From positions 1,410,001-1,442,000 of the forward strand of contig NZ_AP012549.1 of assembly GCF_000829235.1 (NCBI RefSeq): a stretch of DNA of 32,000 nucleotides. The letters are read 5' to 3'. The stretch's first letter is position 1. The number at the start of each line of letters is the position of its first letter. Position numbers and translations under genes: made by a program. This document shows, piece by piece, positions 1 to 9,986 of this stretch. The DNA comes from a cyanobacterium endosymbiont of Epithemia turgida isolate EtSB Lake Yunoko. GTDB taxonomy: Bacteria > Cyanobacteriota > Cyanobacteriia > Cyanobacteriales > Microcystaceae. The notes below the pieces were generated by a model. It had not been told where the DNA came from and did not search any database. It saw nothing but the letters and a program-made list of their open reading frames with translations.

Positions 1-1176
1 GAAAAGACCACCTGTTCGTCTGAATTATCCTCTTCAAACCCTTCAAGTGAGGAAATAGATGAGCTAAATTTACCTCCTTCATTACGACCTAAAGGATTTT
101 TAAGTCATCAGCTTAATTTAGGTTTCCTAGAAACTCAAGCTTCTCATTCCTTCGTTAGTTTGACTTCTTCTCAACTCTTTGATCTGCTTAACGCTTTAGA
201 AGAATATAAAGAGGATATGAGTGTATTATCTTCTTCGAAGACTTCTATTCAACGTCAAGGAATTTGGGTGTGGACTTGGACAACAGTGGTTGTTTTATTG
301 TCCATTGCTATTCCAATATTGGGACCAAAATGGTTCGATAGACTAAACTCTGGTGATGTATCCCTAATTCAGAATCAAGAAAGTTCAGAACAACAAATGT
401 TATCTTTTTTAGATGTGTTGCCTCCTGTACCACCTCCACCTAGTGCCCCCATTCCTTCTCCATCAATGCCACCAATGTTGGACACAAAAGATATTTTACC
501 CCCCCCCGAAAAGATTAGCATAACGGACCCACCTCTTCGTAATCCATCTGTTGATATAAAACCCCCCACCTCTCCAGTTTTGTCACCTCTCTCTATGTTA
601 CCCTTTGCTTCTCCACAAATTTTAACAACTAATAACTACTATCAAGTACATAATCAGCTTTCGGCTGAAGATATCCTAACCCTTCAAGTATCAAAAATCC
701 CTACGATTATGCCTTTTTCTCCTTTGACAGTAACTGATCGTATTAATGCTATTCCTAGTATTCCTACCTCACCTTCCCTACAAGCTGAGGCGTTAGTAGA
801 GCGATTTACTGAAAAACAAACCTCCGAAATCCCAATTGTCAACCCTTTATCAGAAGATAATATCTTTGCTGAAGCAACCCCCCAGACAACTCTTCTTGAT
901 GTCATTCCTCAAGTATCAGAAGCTCGTCAGTATTTTCAGCAACGCTGGCAACCCCCTAGAAATCTTTCTCAAACTCTAGAATATCGCTTAATAGTTCAAT
1001 CTGATGGTTCCTTGAAACAGGCGGTTCCTTTGGGAAAAGCAGCTATTGTGTATTATCAGAAAGCATCTATTCCTACCCCTGGGAGTGCTTTTGTTTCAGC
1101 CCTAGATATATCAGAGAATCAAACTATTCGCTTAGTGTTGAGTCCTAATGGTAGGGTTAAAACCTTTTTGGAGTAG
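1..1176 (+). CDS. Proline-rich conserved cyanobacterial protein (DUF4335-like), 5' end cut by the window edge
   Basis: Frame 1 is open from nt 1, so the TTG at 160 used by the ORF track is probably internal. Stop TAG is at 1174-1176. The protein has the 'LTSSQLFDLLNALEEYKEDM' motif, one TM-like segment (WVWTWTTVVVLLSIAIPIL), a long P/S-rich linker and a conserved C-terminal domain. The family assignment is from memory. Confidence 0.8.
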   Translation, partial: EKTTCSSELSSSNPSSEEIDELNLPPSLRPKGFLSHQLNLGFLETQASHSFVSLTSSQLFDLLNALEEYKEDMSVLSSSKTSIQRQGIWVWTWTTVVVLLSIAIPILGPKWFDRLNSGDVSLIQNQESSEQQMLSFLDVLPPVPPPPSAPIPSPSMPPMLDTKDILPPPEKISITDPPLRNPSVDIKPPTSPVLSPLSMLPFASPQILTTNNYYQVHNQLSAEDILTLQVSKIPTIMPFSPLTVTDRINAIPSIPTSPSLQAEALVERFTEKQTSEIPIVNPLSEDNIFAEATPQTTLLDVIPQVSEARQYFQQRWQPPRNLSQTLEYRLIVQSDGSLKQAVPLGKAAIVYYQKASIPTPGSAFVSALDISENQTIRLVLSPNGRVKTFLE

Positions 1177-1744
1177 TAGCAAACAACTTTTGTGGGTTTT
1201 TTAAAAATTTAATTAACCAACTTTTCCAGAATTTTTATTCAAAGATTAGGTTAGAAGGCAAATAAGAAACTCGATTAATTTGCCAAAGAAGTAATTACAA
1301 ATCTTATAGCAGACAAATACTATATCATTTATTTAATATTTCTGGTATATGCCATCATTATATTGATAATTGTTTAAAAAATCTGTATACTCTAAAAATT
1401 AATACGCTCTATTAGACGTAAATTAAAGTAATTTTGTATAAACTTAATTTTAAAATATTTCTCGTTGAGTGTTGTACTAAATAAAATGTATTTATAAATT
1501 TCAAAAAAGGTAAAAATGAAAGAAATAATTACTTTATTTTCTAAATAAATTAGACTAAAAAATTTACTATTTATATTTAAAAAAATAAATATAGTCATCT
1601 TTTATGATGCTAGCTAAGTACATATTAATTGGTTTTATTCTAAAATAATTAAAAGAAAAATAGTTATATATTTCTTATTTGTACTCTCTAACTAAATAGA
1701 ATAAAAGAAAATAGTCTGAAATTAAAGATTATAAAAATTACGAA

Positions 1745-1976
1745 GTAATTTTTATAAATAAATATGATTTGGCTAAGATAGTTAAATAAAGTAATTTTTA
1801 TAAATAAATATGATTTGGCTAAGATAGTTAAATAAAGTAATTTTTATAAATAAATATGATTTGGCTAAGATAGTTAAATAAAGTAATTTTTATAAATAAA
1901 TATGATTTGGCTAAGATAGTTAAATAAAGTAATTTTTATAAATAAATATGATTTGGCTAAGATAGTTAAATAAAGT
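1745..1976. repeat. Perfect tandem repeat, 46-bp unit x5 (gtaatttttataaataaatatgatttggctaagatagttaaataaa)
   Basis: Units start at 1745, 1791, 1837, 1883 and 1929 and are identical. The array ends after 'gt' at 1975-1976. Units abut directly with no spacers. Confidence 0.97.
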
Positions 1977-2037
1977 TATTATCAATGAACAAAGTAGTTG
2001 CGCCCAAAAATATTATTTTCACCCTACTTAATAATGT

Positions 2038-2077
2038 TTTTATTTATGATTCCAATACATTGGAATCATAAATAAAA
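2038..2077. repeat. Perfect 19-bp inverted repeat (hairpin), 2-nt spacer
   Basis: ttttatttatgattccaat (2038-2056), spacer 'ac', then attggaatcataaataaaa (2059-2077). The arms are exact reverse complements. Confidence 0.95.
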
Positions 2078-2525
2078 TTAGGGTCCTTGCTATCAGCTTA
2101 GATAAAGAATCACTGAACAGCAATTAGAATTTGTGTCAGGAAGGTTAAAACACTTTGGTTAAAGCTTTTGGAGAAGATGTAGTTATTTGAAATATAATGA
2201 ATGCCATTAGTTTGATTAAAGACAATTTAAATAGCTAATTCAACTCATTGATGTTCTACTAGACCTAGATTAGGCTAAAAAAATTATGACGGGATCTGGC
2301 TAAGATAAATGAGTTGTATTATTTAACTGAAAACGGAACTACTTCAAAAATAGATATAAGTACTTTCTGATAAACCTTTTAGCGATTTTTTTGGGGATAA
2401 GTTTACATATAAAGTTCATCAGAAATATTAATGATGATTATTTAAATAGAAAACTTGTATTACACTTCTAAAAAATACTAGATTTTAGAAAAAAAAAGCT
2501 ATAGATAAACATAAATATTGAGAAA

Positions 2526-2592
2526 AAAAATAGTTTACGACAAAAATTAAGCACAGTCATATTATGCTTTATTTCTGTCGTAAACTATTTTT
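2526..2592. repeat. Perfect 17-bp inverted repeat with a 33-nt loop
   Basis: aaaaatagtttacgaca (2526-2542) pairs with tgtcgtaaactattttt (2576-2592). Confidence 0.95.
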
Positions 2593-2922
2593 GACAATCA
2601 AAGTTGGGATTGTTATATCTATGTCAATGACATTAGTTTGTAGATGTCTCAATATTGTATTTACACTCATCTTGACGTGGTAGTAATTAATAGTTCAAAT
2701 GATTTCAAATTTTGTCTCAATATTTATCTCACAGAGCAAATTTTAAGTTCAAGTAAGGATAAACTTAAAAGTAAAAGAGGAAATTAATCAAGATTAACAA
2801 TTGATATACATAAACCTTCTAAAGTCCATAAAGGACGGTTGACTTATTTTATCAACAGCTCAATTATTCATCTTTACTCAAAAGTGAGTGGAGGCTCAAT
2901 CATTAAGTTTATTTTGTCTCTG

Positions 2923-3924
2923 TTAAAGACTTACTGTTTTTAAATGACTACGTGGATCATATGCACGACTAGCACTAATTTTCTGATAAAGTTCTCGTTC
3001 TGTTTCTGTTATGCTTTGAGGGGTGTTAATCACAATTTTGACTAGTTGGTCTCCTCGTCCATCTTTAGGATGAACCCAACCCTTACCCCGAAGGCGCAAA
3101 GATTGGCCTGAACGAATTCCTGAAGGAACTCTTACTGTTACTACTCCATCAGGGGTAGGAACCTCAATGGAAGTACCTAATATCGCTTCATCAGGTGTAA
3201 TAGGAACTTCACATATTAGGTGCTCACCTTCAAATTGAAAAAACGGATGGGATATTAATTCAATTTTGAGGTACAAATCTCCTCGTTGCTGATTAGAAGG
3301 ATTAATAAAACCTTTACCTCGGACTCTTACCCGACTCCCCGTTTTTGCTCCGGCTGGAATACGAACATCAAGAACTTCATTGCCTAAATTGAAGCGTTTT
3401 TGTACACCTCTAAAAGCTTCAGAAAAAGTTAAATGCAGGGTTGCTGTTCGATCAGTCGCAGGAGGTTGAGCTCCAAAACCACCTGTATCAGAAAAGCCAC
3501 TAAAATCACTGTATTCAGGCTGTCTTCCAGTGGTAGTTCTATAACTGTAACCTCCTGTCGTTGACCCACTTGTTGAGGCAAAACGACCTAATAATTCATT
3601 AATAAATTCATCAAAGTTACCATATTGGCTAAAATTAAAGCCACTAACGTCAACACCACTCTGACCACTAGTCCAACTCCCTTGATTTGCCTGTTGCCAG
3701 TATTGACCGAATTGATCGTATTTCTGACGTTTTTCCTTATCTGATAGAATTTCGTAAGCTTCGCTAATTTCTTTAAATTTTTCTTCCGCTTGTTGATTTG
3801 CAGGATTTCTGTCAGGATGATATTTCACAGCTAACTTACGGAAAGCTTTTTTTATTTCTTCCACGCTAGCGTTTTTATTAACTCCTAAGATAGCGTAATA
3901 ATCTTTGTAGTCAGTTGAAGCCAT
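2923..3924 (-). CDS. DnaJ-class co-chaperone without zinc finger (CbpA/type-II DnaJ-like)
   Basis: J domain 'DYYAILGV...KYHPDRNP', a G/F/S-rich linker, and the DnaJ C-terminal domains (GxDLxxxL, RLRGKG). There is no CxxCxGxG repeat. The AGGAGG Shine-Dalgarno (reverse complement of 3934-3939) lies 9 nt before the ATG at 3924. The ATG at 3930 and TTG at 3951 are alternative starts. Confidence 0.9.
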   Translation of the reverse strand: MASTDYKDYYAILGVNKNASVEEIKKAFRKLAVKYHPDRNPANQQAEEKFKEISEAYEILSDKEKRQKYDQFGQYWQQANQGSWTSGQSGVDVSGFNFSQYGNFDEFINELLGRFASTSGSTTGGYSYRTTTGRQPEYSDFSGFSDTGGFGAQPPATDRTATLHLTFSEAFRGVQKRFNLGNEVLDVRIPAGAKTGSRVRVRGKGFINPSNQQRGDLYLKIELISHPFFQFEGEHLICEVPITPDEAILGTSIEVPTPDGVVTVRVPSGIRSGQSLRLRGKGWVHPKDGRGDQLVKIVINTPQSITETERELYQKISASRAYDPRSHLKTVSL

Positions 3925-4015
3925 TAACATAAACCTCCTAGCTGGTAACAAAAAAATAATTTGAAATTTAATATTGAATAATCTTATCCTTCTAAATCTA
4001 AATTAACAAAGCCGT

Positions 4016-4219
4016 CAAGTCTATTTTGTTCGGTTCTCCCCGATAAGGGAGAGAGGATTTTCCCTACCACTACATTTTAGCAAGTCTATCTTGTAAGACA
4101 GGGAAATATTATACTGGTATATTATTGATATTTCTACAATAATCAGGGTTGGAATTGAGCGCTCACGGCTTTGATTACTTTCTAAGCAAAGTTCAAGAAG
4201 GGTACTTTCTCAAGTCTAT
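4016..4219. repeat. Three copies of the 9-mer CAAGTCTAT at 4016, 4081 and 4211
   Basis: Exact 9-mers spaced 65 and 130 bp apart. The first two copies extend to CAAGTCTATyTTGT. They lie upstream of the minus-strand dnaJ-like gene. Confidence 0.6.
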
Positions 4220-5245
4220 AGGGTACCATTAAATTCTATATCACAGGCAAATTTTATCATTTTTTTCTGTTTTTTTCTAAAAAAATTGATAGTATCACAA
4301 ACAACTATAGCAGTATTTATTAACAAAAATTAACTTGATATGGTAAAAGATACTAGTATATTAGTCCTTTAATTATTTAGATAATATTAATTGTTTGCTT
4401 TCTAGTAGTATGGTCAGCGAAATTAATGGAAATTAGAAATTAGTTTAATTAAACTATATTCTCTACTTCGTAAATGACTATATTTAAATACTTGAATCGA
4501 AGTTTAGCTGACTTACTTTTTTAAAAGTTGACGCTAGGGGAGTAATACAGTGTAAAAATTAGTGGATAAAATTATTGACTACTTGCCATCTTTGATTGAG
4601 ATTTACTTTATTGTAGTCAGAAACTGATTTTTTTAGCATTCCATCAATTTGTCTACACTGTAGTTCTTGATGAAATCTACAAAATGGATAGTTTAAAAAA
4701 CTTTACCGAATTTATGATGATAAAAATATACTGAACTTTGACATAGTACTATTGAACAATAGTGTTAATACTAAAAAATATTAGAAACATAGATAATTGC
4801 TAATTAATAATTTTAAACAAATAACAATATTATTGTATTTTACTTTTATAAAAGTAACTCTTAAAGTATTACTATTTATTTACTTAAAATAGATAGTAAT
4901 TATCTTCAAATAAGGATATTATAAGGTATATATTAAAGGAATAATAGAGTGTACTATCGCAGTATAATGTACTAAAAACTGCTAACAATAATTTAGTAAT
5001 AGTATGATAAAAATTTTAGTCTAACTCCAATATAAAAAGTTAACACAACAAATTTTACTTGATATTTTATTGTCAAACAGTTTCTAAGACTAATAACCAA
5101 TTTATTCCTAAAATATAATAACAGTCACTAAGAGTTCAACTTATTCTTATAGAATTTATCAAAGAAATTGACTTACGGTATATTGTTCTATGTTAAGTTT
5201 ATATCCAAAACCTAAAATTAAATAAACCTGTGTGAGAACGGATCT

Positions 5246-7117
5246 GTGAAACGAGTACAGTGGACTCCTCTGAGCCTTTATGGGTTTTCCCTAGTGTCAA
5301 CTTTGTTAATTTATTGGTTAATTGCTGGAAAATTTGATAAAAATTTCCAATATACTCTTTTCCCTAAACCTTTACCTGTCGAGGCTTCTGATAAGTTGCA
5401 ACAAGGACAAGAAATTTATCTTAATGGGAAACTATTTAATATTCCTTGGAGCCAGTGGAATCAAGGAAATGAGCAACGGATAGGAATCAGTGACACTGGA
5501 GCGATGAATTTATTAGGAATAGAACTTCTGAGCACAAGCAAACCGAATCTACAGCCTGTTAGATGGTTTTCTAGCGATTACCTCCAGGTTTTTCCTGTTA
5601 CAGCGCGATTTATTGCTCCCTATCGGTATTTAGATGTGACTGACTTAATGAAATTAACGGCAGGAACTTTGCAAGTGAGGGATAACTTCCTAGAGATTAC
5701 CTTGCCACCAGCGCGCATTGGTAATATACGAGAAGGAAACCACACCTGGGGTAAGCGCATTGTAGTGGATGTTGATCGTCCGACCGTTTGGCAGGTTAGT
5801 CAAACCAAGGGAAAAGGAGTAGTGATGATTTCAGGGACTACTAATGTCTCTCCCTCTGCTCAAACGCCAACTAGACTACCTCTAACTCAGGGGAATTGGA
5901 GTGATCTTCATGAAGATGATCTCGGTAGCGATGTTTCTACACCTATCAATCCTCAACTTTTCTCTCTAGAAAATAGTGGAAAAATCACAAAAGTTCACAT
6001 CAATTTACCCACAGCCCATAGTTTAAGTGTTTTTAGTATTTCTAACCCCCATCGTATTGTCATCGATGTCCGCCCTGATGCCAAGATACCAAAACAAATT
6101 GCTTGGACAAAGGATATTACTTGGCGACAACAGTTAGTGAAACTGCAGAGAGACATTTTTCCGGTTAATTGGTTAGAGATCGATACGAGATCATCTAAAA
6201 TTGCCCTAAGACCTATCACAACATATTCTGATCGACAAGAAGGGACAGTTTCCTTAGTGACTATGGCTAAGGAGTGGAAAGCATCAGCAGCTATCAATGG
6301 GGGTTTCTTCAATCGCAACAATAAGTTACCCCTGGGGGCAATTCGATCACAGACTCGTTGGTTATCCAGTCCTATTTTAGGTCGGGGTGCGATCGCCTGG
6401 AATGATCAAGGACAAATAAAAATCGGTCGTCTCAGTCTTCAAGAGACTTTAATGACTAGTAAAGGACAACGCATTCCTGTCCTGTCTCTTAACAGTGGTT
6501 ATGTCCAAGCAGGAATAGCTCGTTACACCTCCGAATGGGGACCTAAATATATCCCTATGTCGGATAACGAAACAGTTATTTTCATACAAAATAATAGAGT
6601 CACTGACCAAATAAAAGCCGAAAAAGCAGGTCAAATTTCTTTTCTTATCCCCCCTAATGGCTGCTTGTTGATCATTCGTAAAAATGCTGTATCTGCTGAT
6701 GCGTTGCAGCTGGGGACAAGGGTTCAGATTGAAAACACCACAATTCCTGCCGATTTTAATACTTATCCTAATATGCTTGGGGCCGGTCCATTATTAATTA
6801 GTAATAATCGTATCGTGGTCAACGGAACCTTAGAAAAGTTTAGCAAGGGATTTCAGCAACAAGAAGCCTCTCGTAGTGCTATTGGCGTAACAGACCAAGG
6901 AAAAATTATGTTAGTGGCTGTTCATAACCGTGTTGGGGGACGGGGAGCGAATTTGGAAGAAATGGCACAAATTATGCAAGCGTTAGGCGCGGTCAATGCG
7001 TTAAACCTAGATGGAGGAAGTTCAACCTCTTTAAGTTTAGGAGGACAATTAATTGATCGTTCTCCTGTTACCGCGGCACGGGTTCATAATGGGATAGGAG
7101 TTTTTGTTAGTCCATAG
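5246..7117 (+). CDS. Phosphodiester glycosidase family protein (NAGPA/DUF2233 domain), N-terminal TM anchor, AMIN-like middle domain
   Basis: The C-terminal region 'AINGGFF...GAGPLLI...RSAIGV...ALNLDGGSSTSL' is typical of the phosphodiester glycosidase domain. 'HRIVIDVRPDA' is AMIN-like. The start is GTG at 5246. Confidence 0.8.
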   Translation: MKRVQWTPLSLYGFSLVSTLLIYWLIAGKFDKNFQYTLFPKPLPVEASDKLQQGQEIYLNGKLFNIPWSQWNQGNEQRIGISDTGAMNLLGIELLSTSKPNLQPVRWFSSDYLQVFPVTARFIAPYRYLDVTDLMKLTAGTLQVRDNFLEITLPPARIGNIREGNHTWGKRIVVDVDRPTVWQVSQTKGKGVVMISGTTNVSPSAQTPTRLPLTQGNWSDLHEDDLGSDVSTPINPQLFSLENSGKITKVHINLPTAHSLSVFSISNPHRIVIDVRPDAKIPKQIAWTKDITWRQQLVKLQRDIFPVNWLEIDTRSSKIALRPITTYSDRQEGTVSLVTMAKEWKASAAINGGFFNRNNKLPLGAIRSQTRWLSSPILGRGAIAWNDQGQIKIGRLSLQETLMTSKGQRIPVLSLNSGYVQAGIARYTSEWGPKYIPMSDNETVIFIQNNRVTDQIKAEKAGQISFLIPPNGCLLIIRKNAVSADALQLGTRVQIENTTIPADFNTYPNMLGAGPLLISNNRIVVNGTLEKFSKGFQQQEASRSAIGVTDQGKIMLVAVHNRVGGRGANLEEMAQIMQALGAVNALNLDGGSSTSLSLGGQLIDRSPVTAARVHNGIGVFVSP

Positions 7118-8068
7118 TTTACAGCCGTCAAAGATTTATGGTATATGATAACCTTAGGGGTATAAGTCTTACGTCCCAATGAATTTTAAAGTCGGTGGAT
7201 AAAAACATAAAATACAACATCAAAAGTTGAGTAACTATCAGTGTTATGTTCATTTTTAGTATCACAAGTTGGATGTAATCTAAATTTTAAAAAAAGGTCA
7301 ATTTAGAAGAAGTGTTGTCTCAATTTTAGCTAAAACAGTAGAATTCGATAGAAGAATCTCAAGGAAGGAATAAATTGGGCTTTTAATTATAGTGCAGAAT
7401 TATAGCGAATAAAGAAGAGAAATTATCTAAATTTGAGATAAAAGGGTAGAACTATACTCAGAAAAGGATAGCCAAAAGATGAAAATAATTCTTAATAACT
7501 CTCAAAATAAATTTTGCTCTTTTCTTCTTAAATGTATTTAACCTATCTCTTCTTTTTTAAAACCTTATGTAGTTGTTGACTATTGATAAGTTTTTTCATT
7601 TATCTTTTGCTGAGAGCTTTTCGAAATATTTTATATCTTTTGTCTTATAAGTTTCTTTGCTTCCACTACCCAGAAAAACTCATAATTATTCTCTTCCTTG
7701 AATAATTAATATGAAAATTGTTTGTTAAATTGTATTTTCTAATAGTTTTACTCAATTTTAAATTTATTTAGTTTTCCATACTCTTACTTAACTCTGTACT
7801 TTATTTTTCAAGAAGTTAAAAGAGCTTTAATTAGTTTAAACAAAGTACTTCTGGACTCTAACTTGTAAAAACACCCTCAAACAAAGAAGTAAAGATGACA
7901 TCAGTTAATCATAATTTTTAAGACCAACTGAAATAACACACTTTTGGGTCTATTTGCGGCTATTACCTGTAAACCTGCGACATACATCATGATACTAAAG
8001 TTATTGAGAGTAATTTTTTTTCTTAAAGTATTCATCAATTAACCTTAACTATCTCAATAGTAAGTGGC

Positions 8069-8440
8069 TTATTTGCGTTTCAAACGCCGTAATTCTTCTT
8101 GTAAAAGATCTACTTGATCTCGCAGTTCATCCCTATTGTTAGATTTTAAGTTTTTAGAGGTCTCTTCCTCTTCGGTAATGATTTCAATTAATCGAGGTTC
8201 TTTATCAGAGAGAGATTGAGATGAGTCTTCGGTTTTTTTCTGCGCTTGCTGCACCAAATCATCAACATACTTACGGGCTTCCTCAGCGGTTATCTCCCCT
8301 CGCGCAACCATTTTATCGGCCAGTGTTTGGGCTTGTTCCTCCAACTCAGTTAGAGCCATGCGAGCTTTCTCATTTGCATAAGACGCTAGACCTATTCCCA
8401 GATAAAACGCTTTTTGAATTAAACTACGAAAATTAGCCAT
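8069..8440 (-). CDS. Phasin-family / COG3937-like small coiled-coil protein
   Basis: 'MANFRSLIQKAFYLGIGLASYANEKA...ADKMVARGEITAEEARKYVDDL' matches the cyanobacterial phasin-like family as I recall it. The ATG at 8440 is preferred; the ORF track start at 8461 is an alternative. Confidence 0.7.
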   Translation of the reverse strand: MANFRSLIQKAFYLGIGLASYANEKARMALTELEEQAQTLADKMVARGEITAEEARKYVDDLVQQAQKKTEDSSQSLSDKEPRLIEIITEEEETSKNLKSNNRDELRDQVDLLQEELRRLKRK

Positions 8441-8478
8441 GATTAAAAATTCTGTCCTCATAACTTAAGCAACATTTT

Positions 8479-8550
8479 CATCTCTCAGTATAGTCATCTC
8501 TCAGTATAGTCATCTCTCAGTATAGTCATCTCTCAGTATAGTCATCTCTC
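8479..8550. repeat. Tandem repeat, 16-bp unit x4.5 (catctctcagtatagt; ACTATACTGAGAGATG on the gene strand)
   Basis: Identical units at 8479, 8495, 8511 and 8527, plus a partial unit at 8543-8550. The array sits 18-39 nt upstream of the two candidate start codons of the phasin-like gene. Confidence 0.97.
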
Positions 8551-8915
8551 GACTGAATGAATCCAAGGAAAGATAATTTGCTCTCAATTGAAGATTCCAA
8601 AGATAAACTCTGAAGTCATCAGAATTCACTAATAACTATCTACCTTTACAATTATTAACTTCTATAACAAAACTTCTTAAGCTTTATTTAAAGTTTAGGT
8701 AGATTAAACTGATCACCCGCTTAAAGACTAAAATCTACTATATGATGCTGTTTGTAACGCTCGTAGAAATTCAAGAGAAAAACTTTGGTTTTAAAGAAAG
8801 GTAACTGTTGTTTGGTTAGGACTGCTTGGGTCTTCTGCATGCAACTGAAATATTAGCAAAAACTGCAATAAAAACCTATTTATTTGAACCTAAATTAGAC
8901 AACGCTAAACCCTGA

Positions 8916-9679
8916 AATGAAGCTGTTCCTTTATGTGTAGTAGACGAACTTGACCTATCCTCAGAAATTATTGATCTTCGAGTGAGAAAAAGAAAAATGA
9001 TCTACCCGTCTAATGTTACCGTCGATATCAATACTGAACTGGATAATGAATATGTTGGGATGCATCGTTGGGAAATTCTATACCGGTTATTACTTGACCG
9101 CGCTACATCATCAGGGGCGCATTTGGTTAACGGAACGGTATATCAACTCAATCTTTCTACCTAAATAACACCAATCTTTATGTCCCTCACTATGCCGAAC
9201 ACTCTAACGGCAATACTCAAGAAAACAAGTTAGTGATTAATGCAGAAGATTATAATTATGTGATCGCTTTTCAAGAACGCATTTGTCTCCCCTGAAACAA
9301 AATAGCTTACTACGCAGATCTCGCTTAGATGTATGCTGATAACGATATTTCCCCTGACTTCTATGTTTGTGGTTTCCATGAATACGATTATTTAGAGGTG
9401 AATATAGAGATAATAAAGGTTAATAAGTCTATTATTAAGAATTTACAATTTGTTATTCATCAGCATGCTTCTTTTAGCTTAAAAAGAGAAAAAATCATTA
9501 AAGTCAAAGCTTATCTTATGTCCAAACATCCTTGTACTCGTTGCTTTGTACATCTTTTGGCTTTAGTAGATGATGCTGCAGGAACTGTTACTCAGTTTTC
9601 TGGAGAAGGTATTGATTCAGCTGCTGAATCTGCTCGTACGTGTACCAAAACTATTGTAGAAGTAAGTAATGTGAGTTAA
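8916..9679 (+). pseudogene. Decayed ORF cluster of unrecognised family (includes ORF-track entries 8982..9164 and 9329..9679)
   Basis: Composition is coding-like. The frame of 8982..9164 stays open upstream to 8916 and resumes beyond a TGA. The frame of 9329..9679 continues upstream from 9233 through two in-frame stops ('VINAEDYNYVIAFQERICLP*NKIAYYADLA*MYADND...'). I recognise no family. Confidence 0.35.
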
Positions 9680-9986
9680 GCTATTTTTAGCAAGAATAAG
9701 TAAAAATCTATCTCAAACGATAAAACTAGAAGTATGGCATGACTTAACTTACCTTGTTCTTATTTTTAGTATTCTAAAACGGTTCTTCTACCGTTCAGAT
9801 ACATCCCGCAAGGCTTTTGTTGAAATGTGTGCTAATAAAGATGTTCAGGATATAACTTTTTAGCGTTATCTCTACAAAACTGTAGTTTTGTCCAGTGCTT
9901 TAGTATAGATAAAAATTATTGGGAGTTTATCACTGAGTTACTCTTTAGCTTCTTAACAACTATTTATCAACCTTAGTTGGACTTTC

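Noticed and set aside
375-905. ORF-track entries 375..569 (-) and 684..905 (-)
   Set aside because: They are antisense to, and fully inside, the well-supported proline-rich CDS. Their Gly- and Ser-rich translations are mirror images of the Pro-rich frame.
1392-1598. 68-aa ORF on the minus strand
   Set aside because: It lies in extremely AT-rich DNA. The I/F/N/K/Y-only composition is what random AT-rich sequence yields, and there is no RBS or recognisable domain.
1745-1976. Tandem arrays (also 8479..8550) considered as CRISPR
   Set aside because: The units abut directly with no unique spacers, the unit lengths (46 and 16 bp) do not fit a repeat-spacer architecture, and there are no cas genes.
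4156-4165. TGAGCGCTCA palindrome upstream of the dnaJ-like gene considered as a CIRCE/HrcA operator
   Set aside because: CIRCE is TTAGCACTC-N9-GAGTGCTAA. This is a 10-bp palindrome with no 9-nt spacer and only partial half-site similarity.
6389-6396. HIP1 palindrome GCGATCGC
   Set aside because: I found only one copy in 32 kb, so it is not informative beyond weak support for a cyanobacterial origin.
5995-6634. ORFs 5995..6321 (-) and 6449..6634 (-)
   Set aside because: They are antisense shadows inside the phosphodiester glycosidase CDS.
7300-7800. Switch from purine-rich (7300-7480) to pyrimidine-rich (7500-7800) plus strand, with partial matches such as tcaaggaaggaataa and the reverse complement of ttattctcttccttga
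   Set aside because: The candidate arm pairs do not share a common centre, so no consistent long hairpin can be built. It is probably compositional.
8221-8436. 71-aa ORF on the plus strand
   Set aside because: It is antisense to the phasin-like gene, which has the recognisable family sequence.
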